A stretch of DNA of 38,996 nucleotides from Desulfobacterales bacterium (lineage in GTDB: Bacteria > Desulfobacterota > Desulfobacteria > Desulfobacterales > G020354645): positions 1 through 38,996 of the forward strand of contig JASFTQ010000006.1 in the NCBI GenBank assembly GCA_050053515.1. The letters are read 5' to 3'. How positions within the stretch are numbered: position 1 is the stretch's first letter; each line of letters begins with the position of its first letter. A model generated the notes under the pieces. The model searched no databases. It saw only the letters and a list, made by a program, of their open reading frames with translations, and was not told where the DNA came from. A program made the translations under genes and the position numbers. Below, in pieces: positions 30,456 through 38,996 of the stretch.

Positions 30456-30864
30456 GTGTGCCAGCAAGACAATACCCTGGATCTCGACCTCAGTGTAGAA
30501 AAAAATTTGTTGGTATTCGCCGGTTATTTTTCAATTCCTGCAAGGGATGCCAGACAACGCAGCAACGGGCTGCTTGATTTTTTCGCCCTGGGACACAAAA
30601 AAGACGCCAAAGTTATGGAATTGTCCGGGGGGATGGCCCGAATACTTTATATTGACCCGGGCGTTGATAAATCAACCGGACCTCTTGATCTTAGACGAAC
30701 CGACGACAGGACTTGACCCGCAATCCAGGCATCAGGTCTGGGAAAAGCTGGAGGCTTTGAAAAAAACCGGGCTGACGGTTGTGATTGCCACCCATTACAT
30801 GGAGGAGGATTCAGACCTCAACGATACGGTCAAAAATGAGTTTTGCAATGAAACCTGCATTTAG
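30456..30864 (+). pseudogene. ABC transporter ATP-binding protein remnant. It is 5'-truncated, with no Walker A, and is frameshifted near the signature motif.
   Basis: Frame 0 reads ...VEKNLLVFAGYF...ELSGGMAR. Frame +1 continues RALINQPDLLILDEPTTGLDPQ...ATHYMEE. The shift is at about 30640 (cgaatactttata). Confidence 0.6.
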
Positions 30865-31075
30865 CGGAACATTTTTCCCGGTATCGAATTTACCGCAGTG
30901 GGCCCAGCCCCTGGCCCTGGTATTTCCGTTGTATCATCTTGTTGAACTGGCACGCTGGTTTGGTTCGGGAACGAAGGCAATGAGCGGTTTTTGGAACATC
31001 GCTTATTTGCCGCTATTTCTTCTCATTTTTTCGTTTTTAGGACTCAAGGCTATGCGCAAGCGCTTGATTCTTTGA
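30785..31075 (+). pseudogene. ABC-2 family permease C-terminal remnant. The N-terminal ~170 aa are missing and the remnant is fused by deletion to the ATPase remnant.
   Basis: SNLPQWAQPLALVFPLYHLVELARW matches the ABC-2 permease C-terminal motif. It is in a third frame with no credible start. Confidence 0.5.
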
Positions 31076-31142
31076 CAAACATCTAGCCTCCCTTTAAACA
31101 TGGAAGCAAACCGGTCATCTGTGCTTATAGGAGGAAAGTTAA

Positions 31143-31454
31143 ATGTGTCAGCGATGCCCGGCTCCTTCAGATCGGTATATCATTCAGGACAAAAAAACCG
31201 GGTTATTTGTCTGTGAAGAATGTGGCTTTTCGGTTAAGGCCTTGACATCCGCCGCCTATAAGTCCGGCAGCTACATATGGAATGTAAATCCGGCCTGGCC
31301 GTCTTTCAACTCATTTGAGGATTTGATGGCACAGGTAACCGGCAAGGGAACAGTTTCGATGCCTGCCTGCAATTTGGTCCGCAACATTCCCTCCCGCCTG
31401 CTGAGTTATGCATACGAGGTGCTGAAGGCCAAAGCATCCACGGCCAAAAAGTGA
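31143..31454 (+). CDS. Small zinc-ribbon protein, hypothetical.
   Basis: 103 aa with CQRC ... CEEC pairs. A strong RBS AGGAGGAAAG lies 7 nt before the ATG. Confidence 0.45.
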   Translation: MCQRCPAPSDRYIIQDKKTGLFVCEECGFSVKALTSAAYKSGSYIWNVNPAWPSFNSFEDLMAQVTGKGTVSMPACNLVRNIPSRLLSYAYEVLKAKASTAKK

Positions 31455-31800
31455 AGCCTCCCCGCCCCAAGGGGCGGGGAGGCTGCCGTTCGGCAGTGCT
31501 TCGCAGCCCGGATAGGAAGATGTTCCTATCAGCTAACTCAGGGATCGGGGCAATTTTTGCGACGACAAGATGCCGGGTTGTTGCCTGCTCGGCGGCAACT
31601 GCCTTACATTTTGCTGCACCCAAGTACCTTTCGGGCTGTGTCGTAATTCGTCATCCCGGCCAAGTTCCGCGAAGCGGGCGCGAGCCGGGATCCAGTAATT
31701 GCTTGTTAATATTAGTAAATACTGGATTCCGGATCTCATCTTGCTATGCGGGATTCGTCCGGAATGACGGCTTTCGCGAATTGCGACACAGTCTCTTTGC
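31444..31800. repeat. Composite, nested array of the repeat family. A reverse 3' module (31447-31520) directly abuts a forward 5' TIR module (31529-31640), followed by a long-range inverted repeat (31630-31680 against 31745-31790).
   Basis: A perfect 30-nt palindrome AGCCTCCCCGCCCCAAGGGGCGGGGAGGCT lies at 31455-31484. CTGCCGTTCGGCAG is at 31483-96. AGGGATCGGGGCAATTTTTGCGACGACAAGATGCCGGGTTGTTGCCTGC parallels 25127-25165. AATTCGTCATCCCGG pairs with CCGGAATGACGG...CGCGAATT. Confidence 0.45.
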
Positions 31801-31881
31801 CGACAGGTATTGGCCTGATTTGATCTGAATATTATTTTATGTTAAAATAATTCAGTTACTTAGAGACATATTTGAGGCGGG

Positions 31882-32850
31882 TTGAAGATGGACAGCGCAA
31901 CAGCAGAATCAGATGGTTCGTCCGGCAGGAGAATCTATCAAAAAATTTATGCGAACATTCAAAAAGTGATGAAAGGCCAATCGGAGGCCATCCGGAAATT
32001 GCTGTCGGCCTTTGTCAGTGGCGGTCATGTTCTTTTGGAGGACTACCCGGGGACCGGCAAGACCACATTGGCCAAGGCCCTGGCGCTTTCAATCGATGCC
32101 AAATTCAAGCGCATACAGTTCACCCCGGACCTTCTACCGTCGGATATCCTCGGCATTTCGGTTTTCGATCAAAACGCGCAAGCCTTCCACTTCCATGCCG
32201 GCCCGATTTTCGCCAACATCGTCTTGGCGGACGAGATCAACCGCGCCTCACCGCGAACACAATCTGCGCTGCTGGAAGCCATGGCAGAGTCTCAAGTCAG
32301 CATCGACGGTGAGTTGAGGCAGCTGGAGGATCTCTTTTTTGTTATTGCCACCCAGAATCCGGTGGAATCACGCGGCACCTACCCGCTGCCGGAAGCTCAA
32401 ATGGATCGGTTTGCCCTGCAGTTCAGCCTGGGATATATTTCACCGGAAGATGAAGTGGCCGTGTTATCAGACCAGATGCAACACCACCCGATCGATACTA
32501 TCCAAGCCTGCGTTTCCATGGAGGAGATCGCCGCATTGAAACAGCAGGTCCGGCAGATAAGAATCAGCCCTGAAATCAAACGCTTCCTGGTGGATATTGT
32601 CAATGCCACTCGGGCTACTGCAGGTGTTCAATTGGGGGCAAGCCCAAGAGCCTCGCTGGCATTGATGAAGGTCGCACAGGCCCTGGCCCTGTTTGACGGA
32701 TCCGAATTTGTACACCCCGAACACATCCAGGAGATTGCCGTCCCGGTTATTGCGCATCGAATCGTGATGGATCCCCAGGCGCGGTTTTCCGGAACCACCG
32801 CAGAGGGCGTTGTTGGAGAGATTTTGAAATCCGTCCCGGCCCCGGCCTGA
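31882..32850 (+). CDS. moxR: MoxR-family AAA+ ATPase.
   Basis: Walker [13 protein letters not shown], Walker [22 protein letters not shown] and a MoxR-type C-terminal domain. Confidence 0.85.
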   Translation: MKMDSATAESDGSSGRRIYQKIYANIQKVMKGQSEAIRKLLSAFVSGGHVLLEDYPGTGKTTLAKALALSIDAKFKRIQFTPDLLPSDILGISVFDQNAQAFHFHAGPIFANIVLADEINRASPRTQSALLEAMAESQVSIDGELRQLEDLFFVIATQNPVESRGTYPLPEAQMDRFALQFSLGYISPEDEVAVLSDQMQHHPIDTIQACVSMEEIAALKQQVRQIRISPEIKRFLVDIVNATRATAGVQLGASPRASLALMKVAQALALFDGSEFVHPEHIQEIAVPVIAHRIVMDPQARFSGTTAEGVVGEILKSVPAPA

Positions 32851-32988
32851 TCGTGCTGCTGCCCCCCATCCTCGGCCTTTGAAAGAGAGCTCGATGGAAG
32901 CTGTCTCTGGGGGCAATTAGAAGTGGTGTCAAAACCCCTTTTTGAGCCATGCTAGATATTTTTAGATCGCAGAACTGCGCCCTCTAAA

Positions 32989-34371
32989 ATGCAGAACTTC
33001 ATCCTAGTGGATGCTTCTATGAAACGGTTTTTGTATCATCTTTACCGCCGCAGTTACCAAACCAAAAAATGGTTTACGAGAAGATTTACTCCCAGTGGCC
33101 GGGTAGTCGTTTTATGCTTGGCAGTCTCTGCCGGTGTCGGCGTGGATACCAAAGGGACCATGGCCTATCAGGCGTTTACCTTCCTTTTCGCCGTTCTGAT
33201 GATAGCCGTAGTGTTTGGCATGTTTTTTCGCTATCGATTCAATGCCACCCGTATCCTGCCCCGCTTTGGGACCGCCGGCGTTAAACTGGAATACCGCGTT
33301 GTAATCCAAAACAAAACCGACGAGATCCAGCGCGGGTTGAAACTTTTTGAAAATTTTGAAGATACCTGTCCCAGTTTCAGGGAATTCATGGAAACACCCG
33401 AACCCAAAGAGCGGCAGCGTAATCTCTTTGACAGAGTTTTTGGATATTATCGATGGCTGTGGCTGATTGGCGAAAAACGGCAAGCCACAACCAAAGCCGT
33501 GGCGCTGCCGGCCCTTCAACCCAATAGCGAAACAGAGGTTGTCGTTGAGATAACGCCTTCACATAGAGGCGTCGTCAGGCTGACCGGACTTACCATCGCC
33601 CGTCCGGATCCCTTTGGCTTTTTCCACGCCTGTGCCAGTGTTTTTCTTCCGCAATCCCTTCTGATTCTGCCGAAACGTTATGACCTGCCACCTATCGGCC
33701 TTCCCGGGACAAGAAGATACCAATCCGGGGGCGTCGCATTGGCTTCATCCATAGGGGATTCAGAAGAATTTATATCCTTGCGCGATTACCGCTCAGGAGA
33801 TCCACTGCGAAAGATTCACTGGAAAAGCTGGGCCAAAACCGGCAGACCGGTGGTAAAAGAATACCAGGATGAATTTTTCGTCCGACACGCGCTGATTTTA
33901 GATACATTTCAGAGCAGCGTCCACAGCGAAATTTTAGAGGAAGCCGTATCGGTAGCGGCTTCATTTGCCTGTGACATACAGACCCAGGAGTCCCTGCTGG
34001 ATTTGATGTTTGTAGGGACTGAAGCCTATTGTTTTACTGCCGGAAGAGGTCTTGCCCATACGGACAAAATGCTGGAAATTTTGGCCGCCGTTATCGCCTG
34101 CCGCGACAAATCATTCGATTATCTTACGCCGGTGGTCATCGATCGGGCCTCCTTGCTGAGCGGTTGTATCTGCATATTTTTGGCATGGGATGAATCCCGG
34201 CGAAAGTTAGTCGATTATTTGAATGCATTGGGCCTACCCGTCTTGGTTTTGGTCATAACGGATGTCTCGGAAAGCGACGACGCACCCAACCGGGCCGAGA
34301 TACCAGACACTTCGCAAAATTTTCATCGCTTGGAACTTGGAAAAATCCAAGAAGGATTAATGAAAATATGA
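32989..34371 (+). CDS. DUF58 domain protein, the vWA-like partner of MoxR, with N-terminal TM helices.
   Basis: LRDYRSGDPLRKIHWKSWAKTGRPVVKEYQDE is the hallmark DUF58 motif. The start could instead be the internal Met at 33019. Confidence 0.75.
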   Translation: MQNFILVDASMKRFLYHLYRRSYQTKKWFTRRFTPSGRVVVLCLAVSAGVGVDTKGTMAYQAFTFLFAVLMIAVVFGMFFRYRFNATRILPRFGTAGVKLEYRVVIQNKTDEIQRGLKLFENFEDTCPSFREFMETPEPKERQRNLFDRVFGYYRWLWLIGEKRQATTKAVALPALQPNSETEVVVEITPSHRGVVRLTGLTIARPDPFGFFHACASVFLPQSLLILPKRYDLPPIGLPGTRRYQSGGVALASSIGDSEEFISLRDYRSGDPLRKIHWKSWAKTGRPVVKEYQDEFFVRHALILDTFQSSVHSEILEEAVSVAASFACDIQTQESLLDLMFVGTEAYCFTAGRGLAHTDKMLEILAAVIACRDKSFDYLTPVVIDRASLLSGCICIFLAWDESRRKLVDYLNALGLPVLVLVITDVSESDDAPNRAEIPDTSQNFHRLELGKIQEGLMKI

Positions 34372-36386
34372 AACCGCCGCCGCTGCTCGTTGGTGCTGCA
34401 TTGATGTTTTGGGGATGGCAGACCGGTCTGTGGATTTTGGCCGCAGGGATGGCTCTTATTTTCGAGGGGTCGCGCCTCATTCGCCTTAGATGGGATTTAT
34501 CTGCCGACGATTTCCGGCGTATTTCGGATCTGTGCACCATACTGCTGGTCATCCTGTTGATCTATCTCTATGTCTCGGACACATCGGTCTACTTTCTCTA
34601 TGTTCTTCTCAGGTGGCTTCCGATCGCTTTTTTCCCACTGCTGGTTGCCCAGGCATACGCCACGAGCGATCGCATTGATATCCGAGTGCTTTTTTTGGTG
34701 CTGAGAAAAAAAAGGAAAAAAGATGCAAAACAAAAACACACTGCTCTCAACCTAGCTTATCCATATTTGGCCATTTGCCTATGGTCCGCCAGTGCCGCAA
34801 ATGTGAGAGATATCTATTTTTACATGGGTCTGTTTGGAATTGCGGCATTGGCTTTTTGGATGGTGAGATCGCAAAGATTTTCTGCGCCGCTTTGGCTGGG
34901 TCTAATGGTTCTTGCCGGATGTGCCGGTATAGTGGGACATATCGGGCTTCATAATCTTCATCTGTTTTTGGAAGAAAAGGGTCTGGAATGGATCAACAAT
35001 TCCAACCGTCATGAGTTAGATCCTTTTCAAACAAAAACGGCTGTCGGAGATATCGGTTCATTGAAGCCTTCCAACCGGATCGTCTTCAGGGTAAAACCAG
35101 AAGGGCCGGGGGTGAATCCCATGCTTTTGCGAGAGGCAATTTATGACCGTTACAGTTTCTCCTGGTGGTTTGCCTCGGACCCCGCTTTTACGCCTGTAAA
35201 ACCCGATAAAAACGGAAGGACATGGCGACTCAACGACGCCCTTTCGAATCAGCGTTCCATCACCGTCTCGTCAAGCCTTTACCACGGTCAGGGGGTTTTG
35301 AAACTGCCAACCGGCGTTATTCAAATAGACCGACTCCCGGCGGCAAAAATGGCAAGAAACAGGTTCGGTACGGTTAAAGTGGAAGGGGGACCGGGACGGG
35401 CAGCTTACCGGGTCGGGTTCAAAGAGGAATCCGCATTTGAAAGCCCGCCGACCGCAAACGATCTTTCTGTACCGGACAAAGAAAGCCCGGCGCTCAATAA
35501 GATCGCCGGCGAACTGGAACTTGAAAAAAAATCGCCACGGGAAATTGTAAACACCCTTGATACCTTTTTTCAAGAAAAGTTCAGCTACTCGCTCGAGCTG
35601 ACCGGCAAAGGGAACCATCCAAGCCCTCTTTCGACTTTTCTACTGAAGACTCGCTCGGGGCACTGTGAATATTTTGCAACGGCAACCGTGCTTCTCCTGC
35701 GGACCGTCGGCATCCCGGCACGTTATGTGAGAGGATACTCGGTTCACGAATTCAGCCGATTGGAGAACCAATTTGTAGTGCGCGATCGGCACGCCCATGC
35801 CTGGACCCGGGTGCATCTGGATGGCCTTTGGCAGCGCTTTGATACAACACCTTCTTCCTGGGTAAGTATCGAGGACGCCGCGGCTCCCGGCTGGGAATTT
35901 ATCACCGATGCTTTATCATGGGGTCGGTTCAAACTGACCCAGGGGTTGGTGTACCTGAAAGAAAACGGTGGAATTCACTACTTGTGGTGGCTGTTCATAC
36001 CGGTTATGCTTATCTTGTTGCGACGGTTCTACCGCAGAAAAAAAATGCAGCGGCTGGATGTTGAAAAGTCAGCCGCGACCCCGACCCCAAAGGTTTTAGC
36101 CGGATCGGACTCTGAATTCTTTGCCATTGAAAAGGTGCTACATAAAGCGGGATTTGTTCGCAATCCTTCGGATCCCCCACAAACCTGGTTCCGGCGACTG
36201 AAAAAAAGCTTGCCGTCAGCCCAGTGGCTTGACGACCTGAGGCCCATACTGGCGCTTCACTATCGCTATCGCTTCGACCCCAAGGGTATCCAAGCAGCTG
36301 AAAGAACAATATTGAAATCCGACTCCCTGGCCTGGCTGGAGAAACATAACAACTTCACAAACAATCGATCATGCCAAAAGGGTTAG
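34368..36386 (+). CDS. Transglutaminase-like membrane protein (TgpA-like).
   Basis: Multiple N-terminal TM helices, then the transglutaminase core Cys/His/Asp (SGHCEYFATA, RDRHAHAWTRV, FDTTP). Its start overlaps the DUF58 stop. Confidence 0.8.
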   Translation: MKPPPLLVGAALMFWGWQTGLWILAAGMALIFEGSRLIRLRWDLSADDFRRISDLCTILLVILLIYLYVSDTSVYFLYVLLRWLPIAFFPLLVAQAYATSDRIDIRVLFLVLRKKRKKDAKQKHTALNLAYPYLAICLWSASAANVRDIYFYMGLFGIAALAFWMVRSQRFSAPLWLGLMVLAGCAGIVGHIGLHNLHLFLEEKGLEWINNSNRHELDPFQTKTAVGDIGSLKPSNRIVFRVKPEGPGVNPMLLREAIYDRYSFSWWFASDPAFTPVKPDKNGRTWRLNDALSNQRSITVSSSLYHGQGVLKLPTGVIQIDRLPAAKMARNRFGTVKVEGGPGRAAYRVGFKEESAFESPPTANDLSVPDKESPALNKIAGELELEKKSPREIVNTLDTFFQEKFSYSLELTGKGNHPSPLSTFLLKTRSGHCEYFATATVLLLRTVGIPARYVRGYSVHEFSRLENQFVVRDRHAHAWTRVHLDGLWQRFDTTPSSWVSIEDAAAPGWEFITDALSWGRFKLTQGLVYLKENGGIHYLWWLFIPVMLILLRRFYRRKKMQRLDVEKSAATPTPKVLAGSDSEFFAIEKVLHKAGFVRNPSDPPQTWFRRLKKSLPSAQWLDDLRPILALHYRYRFDPKGIQAAERTILKSDSLAWLEKHNNFTNNRSCQKG

Positions 36387-36424
36387 CGGCACTTTGTTTT
36401 ACAGACCTGAGAAAAGGGGTTGAT

Positions 36425-37306
36425 ATGAAAATCAGTGCTAAATTCGTGGGGGCGCGTTTAAAAGAATACCGTACCTCCGTCTCCTGGCGCCATATGATGA
36501 ATTATGCTGCGGCAATTGAGGACAACAATCCCTGCTACTTCGACGACGAAGGTGATGAAACCATCATTGCCCACCCCATGTTCTGCGCTGCCGTTACTTG
36601 GCCGATAATCGAAAGGATTTGGGAATATCTGGACCGGTCGGACTTTCCCGTGGACATCATGCCCACATTGGTCCATTACACCGAACACTTTACATTTCAT
36701 AGACCGCTCGCACCGGGTGACGCCCTCATGGTCAACGGGGGGATCGCAGCGATTCTGCCCCACAAAGCCGGCACCCGGTTTGTCCTTCGGTTCGATGCCT
36801 ACGACGAAAAAGGAAAGCCGGTTTTCACCGAACACAATGGCGGTTTATTTCGCGGTGTGCAATGTTCGGATGAGGGCCGCGGAGAAGAAGCTTTGCCGCA
36901 CACGCCGAAGTGGGAAGGTGATCACGATCCGCTCTGGATATCCGAAATTAATGTTAATCCGCTGCAAACCTTTATCTACGATGGATGCAGCAACATCGTT
37001 TTCCCGATCCATACTTCAAAAAAGTTTGCGCGTCAGGCGGGGCTTCCTGGAATTATCCTGCAGGGGACGGCGACCCTTGCTTTTGCCGTGCGTGAACTCA
37101 TCAACAAGGAGGCCGCCAAGAATCCCGGGAGACTTAAAAATCTTTCCGGCCGTTTTACGGGAATGATACTGCCGGGGTCTACGATGGGCGTCAGACTTGT
37201 CGGAAGAAATGTCAAAGAAGAGAACACGAATTTATTCTTTATCGTCGAAAATCAGGAGGGGCAAAAAGCCGTCAGCGATGGCTTTGCAACCATAAAAAAT
37301 GTTTAA
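36425..37306 (+). CDS. MaoC-like (R)-specific enoyl-CoA hydratase/dehydratase, double hotdog fold.
   Basis: The C-terminal hotdog has the MaoC motif NPLQTFIYDGCSNIVFPIHT...GLPGIILQG. Start was set at MKISAKF, 8 nt after the RBS AAGGGG, rather than at the ORF-track start 36371. Confidence 0.7.
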   Translation: MKISAKFVGARLKEYRTSVSWRHMMNYAAAIEDNNPCYFDDEGDETIIAHPMFCAAVTWPIIERIWEYLDRSDFPVDIMPTLVHYTEHFTFHRPLAPGDALMVNGGIAAILPHKAGTRFVLRFDAYDEKGKPVFTEHNGGLFRGVQCSDEGRGEEALPHTPKWEGDHDPLWISEINVNPLQTFIYDGCSNIVFPIHTSKKFARQAGLPGIILQGTATLAFAVRELINKEAAKNPGRLKNLSGRFTGMILPGSTMGVRLVGRNVKEENTNLFFIVENQEGQKAVSDGFATIKNV

Positions 37307-37480
37307 GAAACGTATCGTACGTAAACCATATGGACCGACATAATTCATTGCGCAAGCATACACAGCGTCCTGCATTTTGAAATTATCCGGTAGCTTTCAA
37401 AATCAACGATTCAAGGGCCGAATACGAAATTGATCATGGCGCTGTATATGGTTGCAATTTCAAAATGGGGAGAAACCAAA

Positions 37481-37765
37481 ATGAAGCTAAATCTAAAAGC
37501 GTTGTCGTTTGCGATTGCCGTGTTGTGGGCCGGCGCAGTTTTTTTAGTGGGTCTGGCAAACTTAATTTGGCCGGGGTACGCCAAGGGGTTTTTGGCAATG
37601 CTGGCCTCAATCTATCCCGGCTATGCCGCTTCCGGTTCTTTTGGTGATGTGATTGTCGGGAGTCTCTATGCCCTCGTCGACGGGGCGGTTTTCGGATTTG
37701 TACTGGGATGGCTCTATAATTTAGCTGCCGTCAGGGGGGCCCGCAAAATGGCCAAATCCCTTTAG
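37481..37765 (+). CDS. Small two-TM membrane protein, hypothetical.
   Basis: 94 aa from MKLNLKALSF, with two hydrophobic helices and Gly-rich GxxxG-like packing. An RBS GGGGAG lies upstream. The frame is also open from an alternative start at 37430. Confidence 0.4.
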   Translation: MKLNLKALSFAIAVLWAGAVFLVGLANLIWPGYAKGFLAMLASIYPGYAASGSFGDVIVGSLYALVDGAVFGFVLGWLYNLAAVRGARKMAKSL

Positions 37766-37866
37766 TGAAGCTCCCCGTCTTAAAGGTCGGGAAGCTTCAC
37801 ACCGCAGTTTTCCTTTGCCGGCGGCAGCAGCCCCCCGCCGGTTAAAAGCACCGGGGCGATCAGCTT
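37766..37866. repeat. Copy of the 3' module of the repeat family, without a TIR.
   Basis: GTGAAGCTCCCCGTCTTAAAGGTCGGGAAGCTTCACACCGCAGTTTTCCTTTGCCGGCGGCAGCAGCC...GGGGCGATCAGCTTGTCG is colinear with 25331-25426 (AGCTTCACACCG...TTTGCCTTTC.CGGCGGCAA.AGCC...GGGGCGATCAGCTTGTCG). Confidence 0.45.
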
Positions 37867-38298
37867 GTCGGGGCGTCAACGACCAGACCGTGCTCAGCAC
37901 GGGATGGATTGAATTTCTCCGCGCAAACGGAGAAAGGCAAGAGCACGCGAGTGCTTCAAGCGTTGCCCTTGCAACCGGGTGCAAAACACCCGGCTTGTAT
38001 GGCAAGAATAAATACCTTGTTCCCTGAGTTATAATGATTGTCAAAATAACATTCCGATTGCCCGAGGTGCCGGCAGAGGGGTAAATTTTTTCGGCAAGCT
38101 GATTCCCCCGGTGATGTTAAGAGATAAAGGGTTGTTGCTGCCTGGATGACCAAACCACGGTGAGTCTTTGTGTTAACCCCAATAGGTTAACAGGCGGGGG
38201 GGCAATTGATAGAAAGTTGCCATTTGCGAGCCACGGTGGCGGTGATTCTGCATCTTGAGGAAAAAATTTACCCCCTGCCTGCGCCTCTTGATTCTGCG

Positions 38299-38996
38299 TT
38301 ATTTCGGAACATTATTTTGACATCCGTTATAACCCTCGGACGTCTCCAGTATCTCGACGATCGTTCTTTTGACTTTCCGGCCGTTTTCAAGGGTATACGT
38401 TTTTCTGACGATTTTCAGGCGCCCCTGGGCAAATAAGCGGATACATTCCGGATAAAGCTGCCATTCCAACTCAAGTCCCTTTTTTCGCACTGACTCCAGC
38501 GTATCGTCCTCTGAAATTTGGAAGGCCTTTTGACCGATGATCGGACCCGTATCCTCCCCGTAATCAATGAAATGAACCGTACATCCTCCAATTTTGCAAC
38601 CATACCGGTAAGTATCCCCATAGCCGTCAACTCCCGGGAAAGCCGGTAAAAGCGCCGGATGGATATTCATGATGCGAGGGGATCCCGGGATAATATTTAC
38701 GCGATCGATGAAATAAGGGGTTAAGTTTCGCATAAAGCCGGCAAGCACGAGCAGATCAAATGGATAAGGCGTCATTTGCTCGAGCAGTCTGGATTCGGCA
38801 ATAGCTCTGGATTGCAAAAAAGACCTGGTTCTTTCAGTATCTGTGATATCTGAAATCAAGCACTGCTTTGCAAGAAGTTCATCCAGGTTAAAATCTTTGG
38901 GAAGAATGGCATCGTGCGGATCTTCCTTGAACCGTTTGATCAGGTCTGAGTAGTTTACCCCAAAAGTTGGAATTTTGTGGCTGCGGGCCCTGGCCA
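38299..38996 (-). CDS. purN: Phosphoribosylglycinamide formyltransferase. The N-terminus lies beyond the window edge.
   Basis: LLVLAGFMRNL, NIHPALLP and GCTVHF motifs are present. The frame is open with no stop up to base 38996 (...ARARSHKIPTFGVNYSDLIKRFKED...), so the ORF-track start at 38859 is a TTG artefact. Confidence 0.8.
   Translation of the reverse strand, partial: ARARSHKIPTFGVNYSDLIKRFKEDPHDAILPKDFNLDELLAKQCLISDITDTERTRSFLQSRAIAESRLLEQMTPYPFDLLVLAGFMRNLTPYFIDRVNIIPGSPRIMNIHPALLPAFPGVDGYGDTYRYGCKIGGCTVHFIDYGEDTGPIIGQKAFQISEDDTLESVRKKGLELEWQLYPECIRLFAQGRLKIVRKTYTLENGRKVKRTIVEILETSEGYNGCQNNVPK

Noticed and set aside
25120-38030. Possibility that the recurring repeats are a CRISPR array
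   Set aside because: Copies are hundreds to thousands of bp apart, differ in length and orientation, and have no regular repeat-spacer periodicity. No cas genes are present.

Overview
The window holds a dense nitrogen-assimilation cluster from what is probably an anaerobic, sigma-54-using bacterium. The split, archaeal-type glutamate synthase and the NifA-type activator suggest a delta-proteobacterium or Desulfobacterota, but taxonomy is inferred and low-confidence. Gene order is: 5'-partial ychF; a minus-strand trio of cNMP-binding protein, radical SAM/SPASM protein and HTH/zinc-ribbon regulator; purF; a three-gene split glutamate synthase; an unknown gene translationally coupled to glnE and glnD; a sigma-54 promoter with upstream palindromes; a divergent P-II protein, a flotillin and a type I-alpha glnA; amtB-glnK-glnA (type I-beta); a convergent GAF/sigma-54 (NifA-like) activator; dinB; a zur-znuB-znuC-znuA operon; a decayed ABC-2 exporter; a small zinc-ribbon gene; moxR, a DUF58 protein and a transglutaminase; a MaoC-like hydratase; a small membrane protein; and purN, which runs off the window edge. 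The most unusual signal is non-coding. A family of GC-rich, hairpin-dense interspersed repeats occupies at least five intergenic sites. One copy is intact, with 27-bp terminal inverted repeats and a TA target duplication, which fits a Tc1/IS630-type MITE (miniature inverted-repeat transposable element). One copy disrupts an ABC transporter and another forms a nested array upstream of moxR. Also notable are a near-consensus sigma-54 promoter whose upstream 15-mer recurs in front of dinB, a P-II paralog lacking the uridylylation tyrosine, and a candidate Zur operator. No CRISPR array, tRNA or rRNA was recognised.
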